From: Eledone cirrhosa
Taxonomy: Eukaryota
Direction of reading: 5' to 3'
DNA length: 64,000 bases
Assembly: GCA_964016885.1 (NCBI GenBank)
Contig: OZ024745.1
Location: forward strand, 133,114,001 to 133,178,000
The translations under genes and the position numbers were made by a program. Position 1 is the stretch's first letter. Each line of letters begins with the position of its first letter. Under the pieces are notes generated by a model that worked only from the letters and a program-made list of their open reading frames with translations, had not been told where the DNA came from and searched no databases. Shown piece by piece: positions 26,230 through 41,479 of the stretch.

Positions 26230-28194
26230 CTAACAGATTAAAGTTTAAGCAAAGAATCGCTACTTTCACCCATAACAGGATCTTCTGAAACCAAATATAC
26301 ATACATACGCACATATATATATATATATATATGTATATATTTATTCATATATATACATATATATATGTGTGTGTATGTGTATGTGTGTGTATGTGTGTGT
26401 AAGTGCGTGTGTGTTTATGTACGTATGAATATATGCCTATATATATGGTGAATGCTTTTTTGTAAGTATACGCAATACATTATACAATATTCCCATATAA
26501 AAAAATGAAATTACGTCATTCAAAAATTAATAATTTTCTAAGCGATCTTATCTCTTCTAATACATCTTTACATCCATCAATTTTAGTGTATTGGGATTTT
26601 ATTAATATCTATGCAGGATTTGACAATCGCTTTCTGTACGTGTAAATTCCTTCGAACGAAAATATTTCCAATTTCGCGTAGTAAATAAATATTTCCATTT
26701 TAAATTGATAAACAACACTCTGTATATGTTTCTAATGAAACCATTTCTGGTTTGATTTATATTCCCTTGCAGCATTTCCTTTGTTTCCTCGAATATGTTG
26801 CGTTCGCTGGAATTCAGCTATTTCTCTGATATTCTTGAAAGTAATGTAATTTGTCCAATCTCAGTTTTCCTTTAAATCTGAATAGATTTATATTTGTGTA
26901 AAGATGTGTTATATTCGCAACACGAGTTCTATTTCATGGTTATTATTAAAGTAGGTTTGTTATTACAATATACGAGAAGTAACCCCTGTTTTGATAAATC
27001 TACAATAAATGTCATACTTGAATGTTATCTTTTCTTGACAATAATCATATAAATTAGGGGTTATCTAGATCATTTAGTTCGTTGAATATAATAGGGGAAC
27101 AATGTATTTAAAGGGGCAAACCTAGGATTCTTACGATTTCGTTTCTTATTCAATTCTTCATTTGTTTGTCCAATGTTGGTAACAATTTACAGCGGAATAA
27201 TGGATTAATTGGCTGAAATAGCTGCATTAGAAAGCATTCGTTAATACATCTTTGAACAGTCTACAAACAGAAATAGAACTTGTATTGATTCAATGTCATT
27301 ATTGAGTCAAAAGCAATTATCACAGTTGCTTTATCCGTTTTCTAGGGGATTCAGCTATTCAGATGACTTACGCTAAAACTAAATTTCAATCGAATTAATC
27401 ATACCACAAAATTCTTAGTATACAAGAGTTCTTTTCTTTTCCGTATTGAAAAACACGCAAAGAACGATCATAATTGAATTCACTGATAGAATAGTCATCG
27501 TTTACATTGTCTTCTAATTATTAATTTTCTTATAAAATTCTGTGTATATACCTTAGATTTGTCAGATATATCAGTTTGTTACGGTTTCAAATATGTGTAT
27601 TTGAATGGCGAATTGGAATTTGATTTAAATCTGCGTTCAATTGCGGTAAGTACAATGTGAATAGAGATAGTGTGAGAGAGGGGGGGGGCGAGAGATGAAA
27701 AAGACACTATTATGAAAATTAGCAAAGAAAACTAATGAGTAGAAACAAGAAAATATCGTAAGATCATAATATAATTTATTATGTCACATTTTAAAGTATC
27801 CTGTCACGAAATACAAACGAATGAAAGCCATAATGCAGGAAGGACACTGCATAGTAACACAAGAATTGCAAGAAAACTTATCAGAATAGGAAATACTATC
27901 GTGAACCTCGTGGAATATGGTATTTACTATGTTGAATAGAAAGAATAATTATTGTATTCCTTATAAAACATAAATGGTAGTTTGAAATCATCTTAGCCAT
28001 TACTATCGTCACAATATTCTTGTCAAATCTCATCTTGATGTGGTAGTATATAACCGACATTACACGTTCAATTGTATATCTATAATTATATTATTCATTA
28101 TTCAATGTAGATGACAATCTATAATTTGTATCGTTATAAAATATATATTTAAAGCGGATAAATTCTGCTATGGAGTATATATTATATATATATA

Positions 28195-28450
<256 letters not shown>

Positions 28451-31400
28451 AATGCAATAGCTATATCTATCTACGCTAAATATGAATATACAAATGACAG
28501 TTATAAATAATATCCACTAAATAATTCCCGCCGATTGTATTACATCTTCCATCTTTGCAAAAAGCTGGTAAACATTTTCTAGAATTGTTACATCTTCAAT
28601 ATGTAGAATATCTGATATTTACATCATAAAATAATATTCTCATTAAATATTACACGACACATAGATGTTCATACACATAACTGTTCATAACTGTTGCTAT
28701 TAGGAAACTGATCTGGAGTAGGGATATTAGTCCAAAAATTCTTTTCAAGGTAAAATCACTTTCAATTAGAGACGTTGTGTAACGAAGACTTTTGACAATG
28801 AAGAAGCATCTAATTACAGCACAAATAAAACAGAAAGTTTCAATACCTTACACCAATTAGCAAGCTGGGCGGGACTGAAGTAGAAACAGCATAATCTTTT
28901 ATACAGGTTTATAATATAAAAACATGTCATCAATTATAATGTATAAGATGGTTTATTGTTCTGTATGTCTCCAAATCTCTAAATTAAATTGATTCAGTAT
29001 CAGTGATAACATGTATTATAGCTTTATGTATATTATTAAACAGCTACCAGTATTTCTTATGATAGTTAGTTAATACGTTGTTACATCGTATTTTTAGTAT
29101 AACAGTTTATTTACTAACATTCTTATACATTAACATTGATCAGAGTTTTCTATAGAGGGTAACATTCTATTTGAATTCATATATGTGTGTCTGTTTCGGT
29201 TAAACTCGAAGGTGCTTTAAAGCAGAAACCAATCTATTATTTACTATATGAAAAGCATACTAAATATGACCCCAAGCGAGGTATAAAAACGAGGTTATAA
29301 ATAAGCCAGAAGATATTTTGAAGTCACGATGTATATCCTGTTCTTTACAGCAACCTTTTGTGTACGAATACAGAACAATAACTATATCATTAAATTGTCA
29401 GCATCTTTTAAATAAACACAATTATCTGTATTATTTAATCTGTTCCAAATTGTAATTATTTATTAAATATTCGGTAATTATTATTTTTGTAACATCAATT
29501 TACAAAATGTCTGACATATTTGACATGACTCAAAGCCTTTTTGAAATATTTAAATAGAATACCAAATTTAAATCTGACGAATAAATTTCTGTGATTTCCC
29601 AACTCTTGCCCTCAAGATAAATCTATATATTCATATTTTTTTAATAATTCATTACGATCATATCACTTTCATTTAAAAGTGATTTGTTAAAGATGACTCT
29701 ATATTAATTATGTTATCACAAATAAGAGCAAGGCCACGTTGATTGCATAATTCAATCGGTTCTTTTATTCAAATTAAATAGATAAAACGTAAAAACCGCG
29801 ATGAGTGAATAATTATAGGTCAAAACACTTGGAGGTATCCGTTGTGTCTCTCGGTGGAAACTTTATTATAGTGAATCCCAATCGTGTATATTCGTCTTTG
29901 GGCCCTGTATTAGGATGGTTTCCTAACAATAAGAAGAAATATCTACATACATATCACAACATCCTACCGGGTTTATTCAGCAATGAATTAGATGATTTCA
30001 AAACGAGTATATCATTTACACAATTACACAGGATGAATGTAGAATATTAAAACCACAAACATGCATTAAAATGGTAAAATAATTTAAAGTTTGTACTGAC
30101 TGCATTCATATACCATTTGGTGACATTTTTGACATCATCTGTTTGTCACATTAATATCTCAAATATTCATATTTCTCCATAGCTTTCCAGCACGATTATA
30201 TTGTTACATACTTAAATAATTAATTTACACAAATCAAATACATTACCTCAAAAATTACACAAATCAAATAAATTTCCTCCGATATCTAAGAACAGAATAG
30301 TAAACAGGATCATAAATGGGTGTATACAACAAAACATGTGTGTATACAACAAAACATAAACCCTTAACATTTTTCATTTAACGTTTGCAAGACACCAAGG
30401 ATTATATATCTGAGAAAGTCTATAAACAACAAAATGTTACAACTACCAGAGTAGACATAATTGAATGAATGTACATTAAACTGAAATATATAGAATTTGT
30501 ATTTAATTTCATAATATTTTAATTCAATTCAATAATTCTATATAGTTAAATCCAATGCAAATGAATTTATTTTATTTAAATATAAAAATAATAAATCAAT
30601 TTTATAGGAATATCCTACTTTTTCAATAATAAATAAAGGAGAATAAAAATATCAATTATCTTCATAAATTTCTTTTCACTATTTAGAAATTGCGAAAGAA
30701 ATTTAGATGTAGTTTGATAATTTCATATTAGTTGCAGAAACAGTGCAACAGACAATTTAAATTAATGTTTTAAAAATCAATTTAAAAAATCAAATCATAA
30801 TTTCGATGAATTATATCAAACGTTAAATTTAATAAAATGAACCACTACGTGTGTCTGTAACTCAGAATTTTCTTTTTTGTTTTTTCGTTTTTTTTTTCCT
30901 TTTGTATTACATGAAATAAATCTAAGGGGTATAAGTGCATGTAAAACACAAAAGCTTGCCTTTTTATCATAATTTTTATATCATTAAAAATATGTCTTTG
31001 ATATATTTGACAGGACTTTGTTAAATCATAGAAAAATGGAAATAGAAAATGGAAATTATTCAAACGAAGAGTCATCATAATTGACATCTCCGGTACAACA
31101 AATTATTCTGCATTAGTGTAATTAAATAATCATGTTTTGGAAGTAATTTGTTTATATGTCTCATGTATACGAGAATTGAATTTACTTATACGACTCTACG
31201 ATAATCAAGTCATTGTATAAGTAGTACATTTTTTTAAATTTTGTAATACTAATCGGAGATATTCATTATTACATAGTTAACCGGTCGGAAGTAATGACAT
31301 TTTATGGTTAATTGCCCACTGAAATCAGGAATATAAGTACACGATGATACATTCCTACTAGTTATTCTTTAAAACATTTCAATCAATCTACAGATATAGA

Positions 31401-31740
31401 ATTAAATGTGTTATACAAGAAAATCTCCAATACACTGAACGAACAAAGTATTTTTATAGCAGATACGTCACTAATTGTTACTGGTAATCCTTGTTGTGTT
31501 GTATAATCTATTGAGCTTGAGATACAATACAGAATCTTATATTAACAAAAGATATGAATATTTTAATACTTTCTATTACAAAGATATTGATTCACTATTA
31601 GCAATTATTTCCCTTAATATTGGACACAATTTAATAAATGCAAAATTAATAATCAACACAATATTAATCATTATTGTTTGGCGCGATTAATTAATAAGAA
31701 AGTCTTTAATAATTCCAGGAAAATTTAATACGGCTAAAAA

Positions 31741-32580
31741 ATAAAAGCTACGTTATAGACCAACTAATCCCAGTCATCATTAATAAAAGCTACGTTATAG
31801 GCCACCTAATGCCAGTCATCATTAATAAAAGCTACGTTATAGGCCACCTAATGCCAGTCATCATTAATAAAAGCTACGTTATAGACCAACTAATCCCAGT
31901 CATCATTAATAGAAGCTACGTTATAGACCACCTAATGCCAGTCATCATTAATAGAAGCTACGTTATAGACCACCTAATGCCAGTCATCATTAATAGAAGC
32001 TACGTTATAGACCACCTAATGCCAGTCATCATTAATAAAAGCTACGTTATAGACCACCTAATCCCAGTCATCATTAATAGAAGCTACGTTATAGACCACC
32101 TAATGCCAGTCATCATTAATAGAAGCTACGTTATAGACCACCTAATCCCAGTCTTCATTAATAAAAGCTACGTTATAGACCACCTAATCCCAGTCTTCAT
32201 TAATAGAAGCTACGTTATAGACCAACTAATCCCAGTCATAATTAATAGAAACTACGTTATAGGCCACCTAATCCCAGTCTTCATTAATAAAAGCTACGTT
32301 ATAGACCACCTAATGCCAGTCATCATTAATAAAAGCTACGTTATAGACCACCTAATCCCAGTCATCATTAATAAAAGCTACGTTATAGACCAACTAATCC
32401 CAGTCTTCATTAATAAAAGCTACGTTATCGGCCGCCTAATCCCAGTCTTCATTAATAAAAACTACGTTATAGACCACCTAATGCCAGTCATCATTAATAA
32501 AAGCTACGTTATCGGCCGCCTAATCCCAGTCTTCATTAATAAAAGCTACGTTATAGGCCACCTAATCCCAGTCTTCATTA
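31741..32580. repeat. Tandem minisatellite, 42-bp unit, 20 copies
   Basis: ATAAAAGCTACGTTATAGACCACCTAATGCCAGTCATCATTA repeated; generates the 14-aa periodic ORF 31809-32738. Confidence 0.98.
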
Positions 32581-33379
32581 CTATTCTTTTAGACCTATTT
32601 TCCGTATATTCATCGTTAGATAAAATCTTATTGAGAACAAATTTAAGGAATATTTGTTACGCACATTGGAATAAATGGAGAAAAGCATATTTTCACGGAT
32701 ATGTCCACAAGAAATTATCGGTTTACACAAACATGTAAGAATAAATCTGTATTGCTATGATAAGTTGTTAAAAGTGTATTTATAAAAGGAAAAGAAAATA
32801 ATCAAACTTGATATAGATTAAGTATGAGAAGGATGGATCAGAATCTCAGAAATTCAAAAAGGGCATAATGTATATTATATTGATGTAAACGGTGATACCA
32901 CCTCTTCAGGAATGGTTAATGCGTCTCAAAGGTTAGCCATAGTTTAGGAGATGAGAGATCGCCGGTATTCCATATTTGATCATGTAGCTGTTTCCTAGGT
33001 ACATTAAGCCCGGAGTATATTAACCTCAAACATTTTATCTTTTAATATGACAATGTGGTTTTTGCCAGATATGTTGATATTATATTGAGTGAATATGCGT
33101 GATAGCCAGTGCTCACCCTATATTAATATGCATGATGCAACTAAAAGGATAAATGTTGACTAGTATTACAAATGTTGGGATTTCTGAAAATACTTGCTTT
33201 ATGTGAAACTGTTTCATGTAGAGAGTAACGCTAAGTGTTAAAGTTGCTTGATATATTAAAGCCACATAAGACTAACATATATGAACCCCTTAAGAACACA
33301 TGTAGTTAGTTATAGAAAATAGTTTACATCGGTCATCGCTATCGACGACTATAGCACTGCTTGAATCAAATAATTTATC

Positions 33380-33745
33380 CCTTCAGCAGCATATTATTAT
33401 TATCCGCCCATTGGATTAGAACAAGTACCTCTGATTGAAATCATGTCTGGTCATCCACTACATTGATGACCTACTGGAGCTTGGAATCATCTGTAAAGAT
33501 TCTAGGCGTCAGTAACGTCATTTATATAAATAATGAAAAGTAGCGGTCTTAATACGGTGCTTTGCGGAACGCCACTACTGACTTTGGCTGGGATTTATTT
33601 TACTTTTTCCAATACATGTTCAGCTCTTTCTTCGGGAAACACAGATTACTTCAGTAGAATAATGTGATCAACCCCGTCAAAAGCCTTGCTGAAATCAAGA
33701 TAGAAGACATCAGTATTGGATCCTTCTCCAAAAGCTCTTAAAATG
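33380..33745 (-). mobile_element. Decayed CR1-like LINE RT fragment
   Basis: DVFYLDFSKAFDGVDH, VSSGVPQSTVLRPLLFIIYIND, FTDDSKL and QWADNNNM motifs with stops and deletions. Confidence 0.85.
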
Positions 33746-33887
33746 TAAACAAACCGAATATTAATAATATATTAGTAATATTATTAAGACATTAATATTA
33801 TTCACTCACGAGTACATTTAGGTATCCACCAACGTTAACAGCGAAAACAAATTTTGTTGTATATATATATATACATATATGTATATA

Positions 33888-33980
<93 letters not shown>

Positions 33981-34739
33981 ATAATCCATTCTTCACATTA
34001 ATAATATAGTGACAATCGCCTCCTCTCTCATTGCAGTTGAGTGTCAAATGTCTTTGTCAAAAGGACCTCCAAATATTTCATTCTAGACGCCATTATATTA
34101 AAAATGAAGTTGCCATTATTTATTTCTAATCTCCTTCATCAATATTAAAATAAAAATTGTAATTTCTTGAAAGAAAATTAATTTCTCTGTGTGACCTAGA
34201 TTTTCAGATGTCAGACATGTGAAATAAAAAAAATAAAAATTTAAATTAAACCAAAATTTTGATGGAACGTCAGTCGATTTAAAATGTCCGCAGAATTACA
34301 TTTTCATGTGAACCTACATTGACTTTTATGCCCTATTCTGCCACAATAACTGCATTCTTCGTAAGAGTTCTGTGACACCCGAACGAAGTAATGTGCATTA
34401 ATTTAATATCTCTTTAGATTATCACAAGACCATTGATTTCTTGTTTTCAAAATGATAACTTAAAATTATCACCGATGGTCTATAAAAGAAATTACCCATA
34501 ATTCCATGGAAAACAGAATTTTAATAAAGTAATGCAATCAATACAGCAGATAATTAAAGACGGTCAATATCATAATGTAATGTTTACAAATAAAAGTCTG
34601 ATTTCCAAGAACATATTTCGTCAATATTATAATATTCCAGGCTATTTACTGATACTCACGGACGCCGACATAATGTGATGCACACACCTAAAATGTATTG
34701 TACACACATATATATAAATATATAAACTTTAATCTGTTA

Positions 34740-34784
<45 letters not shown>

Positions 34785-34806
34785 TTATCCTGTTATGGTT
34801 AAATGG

Positions 34807-34856
34807 TGAGTCTTGTTATTCCGGAGTTAGACGAAATTCCAGAATAACAAGACTCA
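34807..34856. repeat. 50-nt hairpin (inverted repeat)
   Basis: TGAGTCTTGTTATTC-CGGAGTT / AATTCC-A-GAATAACAAGACTCA; perfect 15-bp outer stem. Confidence 0.85.
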
Positions 34857-36745
34857 ATAGATAGGGTCTGAAATATAAAAAGATGTAACAAATACCACAA
34901 AGTATTTGATCTGCACCAACGATTCTGCTAGTCAAATGTGCAGGTTATAAATACGTGTTCAGCATAAAAACATTAAAATCTAAAAGATTCCATGTCTATC
35001 ATACCTCAACATTTCAATCTAATGATTTATTTACCCCTAGATAATAAGCAGGAATACTAGAGTGTATACATTGCTCACTTTTTCTAGCATGATTTCGTTC
35101 TGATTTTATAAAGGTATTCAGGAGAAATTCTCTAAAACAGTCAGCCTTTGAGTCGCATACTGTTTTCATTTACTTAAATATGTAAGAAACTGTCACCTCA
35201 ACCTGATGCGTTTGGCTACCAGCACAGACTCTGCTGCCCATCATGCTAAAAAGAACAATTTGTCCAAGTATCCTGCGGTTACTGAGAGGTTTGTGGTAGA
35301 GCATAATATAGCTTTAGAGAATTTCGGCGTTCTTGGCCCCCGGACAAATCCCTACTAACTGCTACCGGAGAGGAGTTGCTTTTCCTGCGCGACTCCCTCA
35401 CTGTCCTTCTGGATCATGTATTCTCCATTCTATCGGCCGAGACCCAGAGGCGGAGGTTAATTACATAGAGGAGGAAAATTGATAGCTTTGTAGTGAATTC
35501 GTTTTTACTAGAAACTAGATAGGATTCACACTGTACATAGAATAAAGGAATTCCGAGTGACCGAGAGGAACTCTCAATGAATGTAGACCATTTCTATACG
35601 TATCTCACTCTATTCTAGGAGCAAAATCAAACTATAATAATATCTTATCTATCATTAGCAGCAATTTAAATTCACAAATGCCTGAGGTTTTAAATTCATA
35701 TTTATTAGGATTTATTATAAATTTAGTTTCGTGTGTACATTGCTTAGCTGCATTTAACTGTTCTAAGAATAAATAAGAATTTCCTTATAGAAAATATGTT
35801 ACGCCAAACATTCATAACAATAACAAATTGGATAAATCATATTCAAATGAATGCGAGTTCATTTGAGGATTGCAACCAGGAAAATGTTACCAGAGGATAT
35901 AAGACTGCATGACCCTATAGACAGTTATTTTTAGATGTATTAAATCTGGAATCATGTGCAGCTATCCTATATAATTTCTAATATAAGTCAACATATTATC
36001 CCATCATCAAACTTCACAGCAAACACAGAAATACATTTTGTTATACAAGAAATATTTAGATTATACATACCCTGTAGAAAAATTGTTACGTATTTAGGGT
36101 ATATTTTAAGGTCTCTGTTCAGTAAACGCGTCCACAACGGTATTCTGAAATTTTGTGGTAAATAGTACAAAATAAGGATTATAACATCTGAATAAATAAT
36201 CAAAATAGATTAGTGAAATATTGATATTAACTTTCCAAGAATCCTAAAGATATATTTATATTTTCAAGAAAAATCCAATTTCTGATTACATTGTATCCTA
36301 TATTTGTTTATTTTCATTTTCTCTCTAATAATAGATACAACATATGATTCACGGAGAATAGAATGTTTTAGGAAGAATGCTTTGAGATTCAATAAAATAC
36401 ACAACTAATTCGTCAGAATATCATATAATGTTTACAGAAATATTTTTTAACAGAGAATAAAAGCATGATCAGGCATATATTATCGTCAAATAAATAGACA
36501 TCATTATACCGTTAGGTGTGTGAAGATGCATGAGAAGTGTAATAAAAATTGTCCAGGATTCAGTGTATATGTGACAAGATATAACGAATAGAGAAATGGC
36601 AGATATCCACACGTTCCTATACTTGATGATGAAATGGGTTTTGAGAGAACTTCGCCAAATCCCCTATGTCTGAACGTGTATGTAAGAAGGCACGAGTGTT
36701 TATGTGCGGGTGGGCACGTGAGTGTGTGTTCATATGTAATCATGC

Positions 36746-36791
<46 letters not shown>

Positions 36792-36793
36792 GT

Positions 36794-36925
<132 letters not shown>

Positions 36926-37506
36926 TATATTTTCACTAGCCCTGAGAGTTGATAAGTAAGCAGTGTACAGTACTGATTGTAATGTAATCACCCAAAAACA
37001 TTAGTGTCTGCAGTTCTGTATACATGCGAGCACAAGAGCAAGAATGAGGGGGTCATTCTACTGACATGGCTTATAAAAGAGCCTATTTGCAGAATTACAA
37101 ACGAATCAAATATTATTATTAATATTCAAAAAACTCAGATACACATTTCTTATATATATATATATATATATATTTGGGTTTAGTTACAAACCCATTTTCA
37201 AGGGAGCAACCTTAACCCGAATACATTTGGGATCTTTAACTTTGCTAAGGTACGGTTCTTTTGTTATCTTGCCAATTTAACAACTTTCATAACGCATTGT
37301 TTTGGTCTTCAAAATTTAAATGTGTCTCCTATTAAACAATGATTCAGGCAAGCTATGATATTGCCGCTCATTGGCTGTCTTCTGTGGATCACTAATGTTT
37401 CGAACGCTTGAAAAACAGTACATTTAACTACAGTGCGTTAATGCACTGTTGTCATATGTACTGTCTTGAATGCGATCGAAACGCACGCGCACACACACAT
37501 ACACAT

Positions 37507-37566
<60 letters not shown>

Positions 37567-38949
37567 TTGTATGTGTGTGGGTGTGTTTGTATATGTGTGT
37601 GTGTATTTGTATGTGTGTATGGGTGTGTATGTATACGTATGTGTATTACGCATGTACAGTCGTGAATATACAACTGTATATATTGGCATGAGTTCAGTGA
37701 CATTACATATTAACCGTGTTCGCATTTCTCAATTAACATAAGTCTATAACTAGCGATATTTATTAAAATATTTACAATCAATATGTAAGACACTTTAGCG
37801 TTGTACAGAATTAGCTACTTTACATATTTACCGATATTACTGCGCGATGTGGAGCGGCGGTCATATGAGTAATATATTTTTGTAATATTTCTCCTCTGCC
37901 AACACAAACTTCATATACTGTCATGTCGATAAAATACAGTACCAGGTGGTGTGTTTTGATGGTATCGCTTCATAGTCTCGGTATGGGTTCTTGGTTATTT
38001 ATGGCGATATTTACATACTCTTTTCTATTTAAAATTATTCATGCCAACGGATTATCCGAAAGAATCAGCGGAATAGTGTAGAGCGTCTAAATACTAAACA
38101 AAGGATAAATTGAGGTGGAAAACTGAGGTGGTTTACGATAAAGCAGAATAACAGACTTATCCTATCATTTACGACATTTGAAAACAATATTGCATTGTTT
38201 ATCGGTTTCAAATAAAACATTGTTAACGTAACATATCCCTCTCTACATCTGTTTTGGGAAGCTCTCTCTCCCTCCCTCTCCCTCCCTCTCCCTCTCTCTC
38301 TCTCTATCTTTCTCTCTTCCCCCTCTCTCACTTACTCTATTCTTCATTCTCTCAGCTTGTCCACCTACTCTTTCCTGTCTGTGACACATCCTTTCTTTCT
38401 CTCTTTTCTCTCTCCCTTTCGATCTCTCTTCTTTTCATGACAATCATATTCTCTACCTATCATCATCATCTAACTGTCACAAGAAGGGAATATATGATAA
38501 TAAAGTTTTAAGAGTAAGAAAATGGCGAGAAAGAGAAGAAATAGCGAGTGAGAGTATAGCAATGTTATACCCAGTAAATATACAGATACACTCGGATCCC
38601 AAATAATAGGGTAATGGAATAACGGGGAGAGGAGAATCGGTAATATTTCTAAGTTGTCTCCCTTGATTTAAAATAAAATAGAATTTGTCCTTTAGTTTAC
38701 ATATTGAGACGCCAATCCAACCTATTTTTCATAAGGTGTGGGATTTCTAATAATATACTTTTTCTGTCATGTACAATGCTTTTTAATGTATAAAGAAAAT
38801 TAAATGTCGTGGGAATGCAATCACTTGAAATATAATTTCGCTGGAGATAGATTAGCAAAAGTTAGAATTATGTTTTTCATATTGTTTTCTGTTCGTTTAC
38901 TTGTCCCTCCTTTGTTAATTATCTTAAGTTTATATATATATATATATAT

Positions 38950-39012
<63 letters not shown>

Positions 39013-39021
39013 TATATGTAT

Positions 39022-39077
<56 letters not shown>

Positions 39078-39078
39078 G

Positions 39079-39110
<32 letters not shown>

Positions 39111-40143
39111 GCACTAGCACGGAGACAACTACAACAAAGATGCATACGCAGACATATGCCGACACACAAAGCTAGATACATTAAATGCTTTATTATTTTA
39201 AGTTCTTCTTTGTGTCGATGGAAACCATTATATGCTGTCTATTATCGGCAGTTCGATTTTTCATTATTTCAATGAAATTTGTTAATATAACAAAAAGAAA
39301 ACAGCGAAAAAGTCAATTAAAATCTGGCAGGTTTTCCGAAAGAATGTAAAATCGCCCATAATTGCAACATGTCACGCAGAATATTAGATTTATTTCGGAA
39401 AGATTTACGTCCGCAAAGTTGCATGCAGTGGCATAAAAGAACTTCACGATTTACAACTTGAGATAAATATAACTGCGTTATATAATATTTATGTTAACGA
39501 AAAAGCTATCAGCTTTTAATCTAAATATTCCCTCACCTTTGAAATGTCTCACATGCTTGGCATCAGTTTTTCTCTCTACCTCTGCAGTTCCATGTTTTAT
39601 TTTGTTTTGAAATTCCTTTCTAAATGTTCTAAATGATATAAATTATAGTTATCTATCGTTAGAATTCACAGCACAGTCGTTGAGCATGCCAGATCACACA
39701 CCCATGTAAACATGCACACCAACATTCTAATTTAGCGAACGTAAGTTTGTGAAATTATTAATTTCTGTTTAAACGTGACTAGGTGATTCACAAAACAACT
39801 CCAAGGTAAAACGTTATTGCAACGTTTTATTGGATGAATTTATTTTTGTATAATTATGCAAATGGAAGACTTCAAGCAACTCAAAAGAAAAAAAAATGGG
39901 ATAAGCGTAATGTATGATGAATATAACGTTTCCTTTTAATATGTGATTATACAATAGGCAATATTTCACAGGATTACGAGTCTGGGAAGCGAGTCAGCAG
40001 AATATGAAGTCATAGTAGAGACATTATTTCGAAATAATTCACAAGAAAATGGTAGAATCCTTCAACACAAGAAAATGACAAAAAAAATTCATATGAGATA
40101 AAATTGCGAAATAAAATTTCTTAAATTCATAATTCAAAATAAG

Positions 40144-40406
40144 GAATGAAATTAATAGTTTTTCTACTTTAGGCACAAGGCCAGCAAATATCCAGTGTAT
40201 TACTGGTACTTTATTTTATCGACCCCGTAAGGATGAAAGGCAAAGTTAACCTCGGCGGGATTTGAACTCAAGAATGAAATTAATAATTGTTTCTACTTTA
40301 GGCACAAGGCCAGCAAATACCCAGTGCATTACTGGTACTTTATTTTATCGACCCCGTAACGATGAAAGGCAAAGTCAACCTCGGCGGGATTAGAATGAAA
40401 TTAATA
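40144..40406 (-). mobile_element. Two tandem 5'-truncated tRNA-derived SINE copies bounded by three GAATGAAATTAATA motifs
   Basis: Reverse complement of the SINE body (AATCCCGCCGAGGTT.ACTTTGCCTTTCATC..TACGGGGTCGATAAAATAAAGTACCAGT); boundary motif at 40144, 40272 and 40393. Confidence 0.9.
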
Positions 40407-40839
40407 TTGAAGAAAAATCACAAGCAGAAGCTTTTTCCGTGTGTTTTAATGCAAAACCCGTTTACCGTTTAAGTAGATCCCACTGAGATCTCTAGGATGA
40501 ACGTTCGAACAGAACGACCTCCAATTCGCTATCTATATATATATATATGCTTATATGTGCGTATGCGAACGTGTTTGTATGTGTGTATCTATAGATCCTG
40601 TAATATGTATATTCAGAGAGCGCTATCCATTATGTTTAGTATTTAGAGTGAATTTCGGCATTCTTGGTTTATTCGTTATCGAATACGTAATATCTAATTA
40701 AACCCGTGTATATTTTAGCAAAACTAGATCTTTATATTTGTATATAATTTTCGACTATGTTTTCGTCATAGTACAGGTTAAAAAAATTTGTAAAGTAGTA
40801 TGTCAGCTAATCTGTTGGTAGACGGGAACCTCTCCTTTA

Positions 40840-41050
40840 GTTGGTAAACATGTGGAAGGTTGCCTGGAACTATTTTTGAGGACACAGCTGTGTGAAGGCA
40901 AAGAAGAGACTGACAGGCCATATCCCGGTGTCTCAATATCAAGGACAATACAGGTCATAACAACTGGAGGATAGAGACCAGAGTCTACTGCTGTCTGTAA
41001 AAACATCTAGAGCACACCAACAAGTTGATGAATATTATAATGATGATGGT
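40840..41050 (+). mobile_element. Old RTE-like LINE 3' remnant
   Basis: Approximate translation GRLPGTI.RTQLCEGKEETDRP resembles RTE RLPKQI.YGEL..GKR..GRP; short (ATG)n-like tail. Confidence 0.45.
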
Positions 41051-41134
41051 TATGAGTTTATACTTATCACTGCAAAATAAAATATACTGTCTCCGAAATC
41101 ATTGGCAACATTTGCTTCAACTCTCTGATCTCAT

Positions 41135-41430
41135 GCGTCAAATTTCTGAGTTCTCAAGTATTTAGGTTTTCCAATAGGTTCCGATTCCTGGGCTGGGTAG
41201 TGTGTTGTGTTCTTTAACAAAACACATCATTTCACGTTGCTCCAGTATATTCATTTAAAATTAAGTACCATCAATAGCTGGGGGTTTAACCCTGCAATAG
41301 ACTGGCGTCCAGTCCAGGGGCGATTCTTATACACTCAGTCGCTTCAAGCAACGAAACTGTGATAAGCACCGGTCTGACGAGTTTCCTGGCAGAGTTTAGA
41401 CTAGACCTTAGTGGGAAAGGACTAAGTTAC
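41135..41430 (+). mobile_element. Old SINE with a MetaSINE-like 3' domain
   Basis: B-box-like GGTTCCGATTCC, central GTGTTGTGTTCTTTAACAAAACAC, then AACCCTGCAATAGACTGGCGTCCAGTCCAGGGG..GTCGCTTCA..GAAAC..GATAAGCACCGG; family recalled from memory. Confidence 0.6.
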
Positions 41431-41479
41431 CTTCAATAGGTACATGTACCATTTTCTGTTGATTTCTCTGTTATTTATA

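Noticed and set aside
32885-32912. Minus-strand CUGAAGA-GGUG(GUAU)CACC hammerhead-like start
   Set aside because: Followed by GUUUAC rather than GAAA; no stem I or III.
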